64,000 bases of DNA from Candidatus Bathyarchaeota archaeon (lineage in GTDB: Archaea > Thermoproteota > Bathyarchaeia > 40CM-2-53-6), in NCBI GenBank assembly GCA_963726255.1, contig CAVSBL010000002.1, forward strand, positions 1,632,001 to 1,696,000. The letters run 5' to 3'. How positions within the stretch are numbered: the stretch's first letter is position 1; each line of letters begins with the position of its first letter. The notes under the pieces were generated by a model. That model was given only the letters and a program-made list of their open reading frames with translations, had not been told where the DNA came from and did not search any database. Both the position numbers and the translations under genes were made by a program. Below, one piece after another: positions 61,079 through 64,000 of the stretch.

Positions 61079-61630
61079 ATGGACAAGAATAGAATGCAGG
61101 CACTGACGAAGTCGCTCCTCGAAGAGATTGGTGAGAACCCCAGGCGTGAAGGGCTCCAGGATACTCCGAGGCGCGTCACCGAAATGTATGCTGAACTGAC
61201 TGAAGGGTATTCCATGAACCCTAAACAAATTCTTGCGAGGGAATGGAATGAGGTCAGCGGTATGGTCGTGGCGAAGGAAATCAGCTTTTTCTCGTTGTGT
61301 GAGCATCATTTGCTTCCATTTTATGGGAAGGTACACATTGGCTATATTCCTTCAAAGGCCGTCGTGGGGCTTTCGAAACTGGTGAGGTTGGTGGATTGCT
61401 TCAGCAAGCGGCTTCAACTCCAGGAGCGTATGACAAAACAGCTTGCGGACGCCCTAAACGAAAACTTACACCCGCGCGGCGTCGTCGTGGTTGTTCAGGC
61501 CCGACATTTGTGCATGGAAATGAGGGGCGTAAAGAGCGGCGCTGACATCCTCACGTCGGAGATCCGCGGCCAGTTTGAGAAATTTGAGACAAGGAACGAG
61601 TTCTTCAACATGCTACGCAAGGAGGTTTAG
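61079..61630 (+). CDS. folE: GTP cyclohydrolase IA
   Basis: REGLQDTPRRV, SLCEHHLLPF, GLSKL, RLQLQER, HLCMEMRG. Confidence 0.96.
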   Translation: MDKNRMQALTKSLLEEIGENPRREGLQDTPRRVTEMYAELTEGYSMNPKQILAREWNEVSGMVVAKEISFFSLCEHHLLPFYGKVHIGYIPSKAVVGLSKLVRLVDCFSKRLQLQERMTKQLADALNENLHPRGVVVVVQARHLCMEMRGVKSGADILTSEIRGQFEKFETRNEFFNMLRKEV

Positions 61631-61635
61631 GCAAG

Positions 61636-61971
61636 CTGTCCTCTGCCCAGCCCGATATTGCACGCCTATACCGGCGTGAGTTCGCCTCAGCGCACATAAT
61701 CGCTGGACACCCACGCTGCGGCCGGTTGCACGGGCACAACTACCAGCTTCTTGCGAAGGTCTACGGGAAGAGTGATGAATGGCTAGACTTCGAGGACATC
61801 AAGAAGCAAGTGGACCAATTCATCGACGAGAAGTATGACCACCATGACATTGGAAACATGTCGTGTGAGAAATTGGCACGGCAGTTACAAGAACAACTCA
61901 GTATCTTCTTCAAGACCACCGTCAAAATTGAGCTATGGGAGACTGGAAAGTTCGGCGTCGAGACGGTGTAA
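61636..61971 (+). CDS. queD: 6-carboxytetrahydropterin/6-pyruvoyl-tetrahydropterin synthase
   Basis: FASAH...CGRLHGHNY, DH, SCE, WET; CTG start after GGAGGT. Confidence 0.9.
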   Translation: MSSAQPDIARLYRREFASAHIIAGHPRCGRLHGHNYQLLAKVYGKSDEWLDFEDIKKQVDQFIDEKYDHHDIGNMSCEKLARQLQEQLSIFFKTTVKIELWETGKFGVETV

Positions 61972-62008
61972 AAAAGACTACAAACTCGGCAATCTTTGGG
62001 ACCCTGGC

Positions 62009-62428
62009 CTAGTACTTTTCTACTTCTCCGCGTACGTGTCCTGCCTTCAGTAGGGCGAAGTGGTGTACGTCCGTTGGGACCCGAAGCTTCCCCGTGTTAT
62101 GGATATGCTCGATCTTCTGGAAAGCTTCCCGGTCAACGTCCTTATCGAAAGTTAGTTCACCACTGTTCTCCAGATGAAAGTTTCCGAGCTCCTTATGCAG
62201 GCCCATGATGTCGGCCTTGGACAGAAGGACGGAGCCGGCGATCACTAGCTTCTTCGTGTCAAAGACGTCCTGGCTTTCCGATGAAGATTCCTGCATATAC
62301 TGCTGCAAGGCCTCGTTTACGAGCTCAGCCACGTTCTTGCCCTGTTGTCTAGCTTTTGCTATCACGCCGTTGTAGATATCCCGGTCCAACCCGCGAATCA
62401 AGACAGCATTGTTTCCCATGATAGCCAA
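62009..62428 (-). CDS. Hypothetical protein with N-terminal ribbon-helix-helix-like domain
   Basis: IRGLDRDIYNGVIAKARQQGKNVAELVNEALQQY. Confidence 0.7.
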   Translation of the reverse strand: MAIMGNNAVLIRGLDRDIYNGVIAKARQQGKNVAELVNEALQQYMQESSSESQDVFDTKKLVIAGSVLLSKADIMGLHKELGNFHLENSGELTFDKDVDREAFQKIEHIHNTGKLRVPTDVHHFALLKAGHVRGEVEKY

Positions 62429-62587
62429 CTCACAAGGTTACTGTGCTTAATCTGATATCCAGCTTACATTGATTACATAGCTTTCTTATAAATCTTGTTA
62501 ATTCTTTTAACACCCTTAACATGTAGTACATGCTTGCCTCGTTTGCTTCGGCAAACAAGGCACACGGGCCAGAATGAAAAGAAGGAA

Positions 62588-62764
62588 ATGAAATTGGTCG
62601 AAGACCTCGAAAAGTTACTGTTCGAAGAAATCCCCGAGATGGAGACCCCGAGAATCAGGAGATGCGAATGGTGCCACGAACCGCTCCCAAACGACCGCTA
62701 TCACCTGAAGATCTGCCCCCAGTGCAGAAAAGACTCCATAGCCACTTTCATGAAAGTACATTAG
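62588..62764 (+). CDS. Small zinc-ribbon protein
   Basis: CEWC...CPQC. Confidence 0.6.
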   Translation: MKLVEDLEKLLFEEIPEMETPRIRRCEWCHEPLPNDRYHLKICPQCRKDSIATFMKVH

Positions 62765-62804
62765 GGCGAAGAACCCGCACCGATTCCGCTTAGCATCCCT
62801 TAAC

Positions 62805-62916
62805 ATGGGTGGTGCCACCCGAAGTGAGGGTGGTGCCATTTGGTGCCATGCGGGGCGTTTTTTCTCCACCTCGATTACGGACGAGTAAAGTATTCTCCCC
62901 CCAAAATTACACCACC
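62805..62916. repeat. Palindrome-array element, copy 2 (inverted)
   Basis: TGGTGCCA at 62810, 62831 and 62841; reverse complement resembles 20741-20847. Confidence 0.7.
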
Positions 62917-63010
62917 TACTTCCCTTCGCCGCCCCTTTAGCCAAAAGGCTACACATATTGAACCGCACATTCAGCTTACGGAACATAGTTCGCGCTTTGG
63001 GGTTAGGAAT

Positions 63011-63664
63011 TTGGTTAGGGCGCTAGTGCTTCTTTCTGGAGGCATCGATTCCGCAACTGCGCTCTATTTGATCAAGCAGGAGACCGATGACGTCTATTCC
63101 ATGAACATGATTTACACGCAATCTTATGACAGTGAAGCGGAAGCATCGAAGAAACTCGCAGCCGTTGCCCAGGTGAAAGAACATTTCAGTGTTTATCTAC
63201 CATTTTTCAAGCATATTGAAACGCGCTACCACCCCGCCCCTTCCTCTGAAATCTCGTCCGCGTATGTGCCTGCCCGAAACATTGTCTTCTATGGAGTTGC
63301 CGCAGCCTACGCCGAAACCATAGGCGCCACTAGGGTAGTGTTCGGGTCAAATGCCGACGATTCTAAGGAACTTCCAGACGCCAGCCCAGAGTTCATCCGA
63401 CTCATTAATGAGTTAGTTCGTGCGGGAACCAGGTCCGGCCGGGAAGGGCCACGAATAGAAATCGTCAACCCACTGATCAACTACAACAAGGTTGAGGTGC
63501 TCAAGCTCGCGCTCAAGCTTAAGGTTCCGCTTGAACTGACTTGGAGCTGTTACGAAGATTTGCCCGCCCCGTGCGGAAGATGCCGCGGTTGCCATATGAG
63601 GCGGAAGGCGTTCGACGCGATCGGCATCCCCGACCCGTTGAGCGCATGGAGCCAGCTGAAGTAA
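63011..63664 (+). CDS. queC: 7-cyano-7-deazaguanine synthase
   Basis: LLSGGIDS, YVPARN, TWSCY...CGRCRGC..R; start TTG 63011. Confidence 0.94.
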   Translation: MVRALVLLSGGIDSATALYLIKQETDDVYSMNMIYTQSYDSEAEASKKLAAVAQVKEHFSVYLPFFKHIETRYHPAPSSEISSAYVPARNIVFYGVAAAYAETIGATRVVFGSNADDSKELPDASPEFIRLINELVRAGTRSGREGPRIEIVNPLINYNKVEVLKLALKLKVPLELTWSCYEDLPAPCGRCRGCHMRRKAFDAIGIPDPLSAWSQLK

Positions 63665-64000
63665 TTCGCGGCGAATAATTTCGCCGACCAGGCGCAAGCC
63701 GCGCGACTCCCAATCAATAAAAGTCTTTTCAACGACCAACCGAGTTGGAGGATGGTGTGTTACTCGTTTTCCAGTCGAAGTTCCCGAAGGCCGTTGAGTA
63801 CGGCAATGCATTTCAGCAATCGGCCCGTACAATTTTTTATACAATTCTGTCGAAAACTATTAAAGTGCAATAGGGTGACTACAGAGAGCTTCCACTTTCT
63901 AAGAGGTAAGAGCAAATTGGTATCCCACGTTGAACCCTCAACCAATGAGGTTCCTTCGAGACTGAGAATCACCCAAATAAGAAAGCGCGATGGGCGCATC

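Noticed and set aside
63665-64000. Minus-strand ORFs at the window end
   Set aside because: No motif; insufficient context to call.

Overview
Archaeal chromosomal window, probably TACK/Bathyarchaeia-like. This is inferred from the thermosome, crenarchaeal-type SSB, zinc-ferredoxin, BHB tRNA introns and a PEF-type sorting tail. It contains a complete trpEGDCFBA operon, thrB-thrC, a purH-C-S-Q-L-F-D-N-E-M cluster, folE/queD/queC, and two ABC-2 exporter operons. It also has a catabolic island (xanthine-dehydrogenase-family Mo enzyme, SAMP/MoaD, LLM oxidoreductase, M20 deacylase, CoA-transferase, Liv-type importer), an orphan ParB and several small ORFs. Main leads: (1) trpE has no in-frame ATG/GTG/TTG for its conserved N-terminus; the upstream ATG runs into a prfB-like CTT-TGG(Trp) site where a +1 slip enters the trpE frame, a candidate tryptophan-sensing frameshift; (2) a tRNA-Leu(CAG) with three introns, at 8/9, 30/31 and 37/38; (3) a palindrome-array element present twice, 42 kb apart; (4) apparent CTG initiation at several genes; (5) a promoter-linked hairpin ncRNA and tiny basic peptides. 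Caveat: thrB, purN, an OB-fold gene and possibly purM also carry single-base frame breaks, so residual assembly indels are a real alternative for every frameshift claim. No database searches were run; family calls come from motifs recognised by eye.
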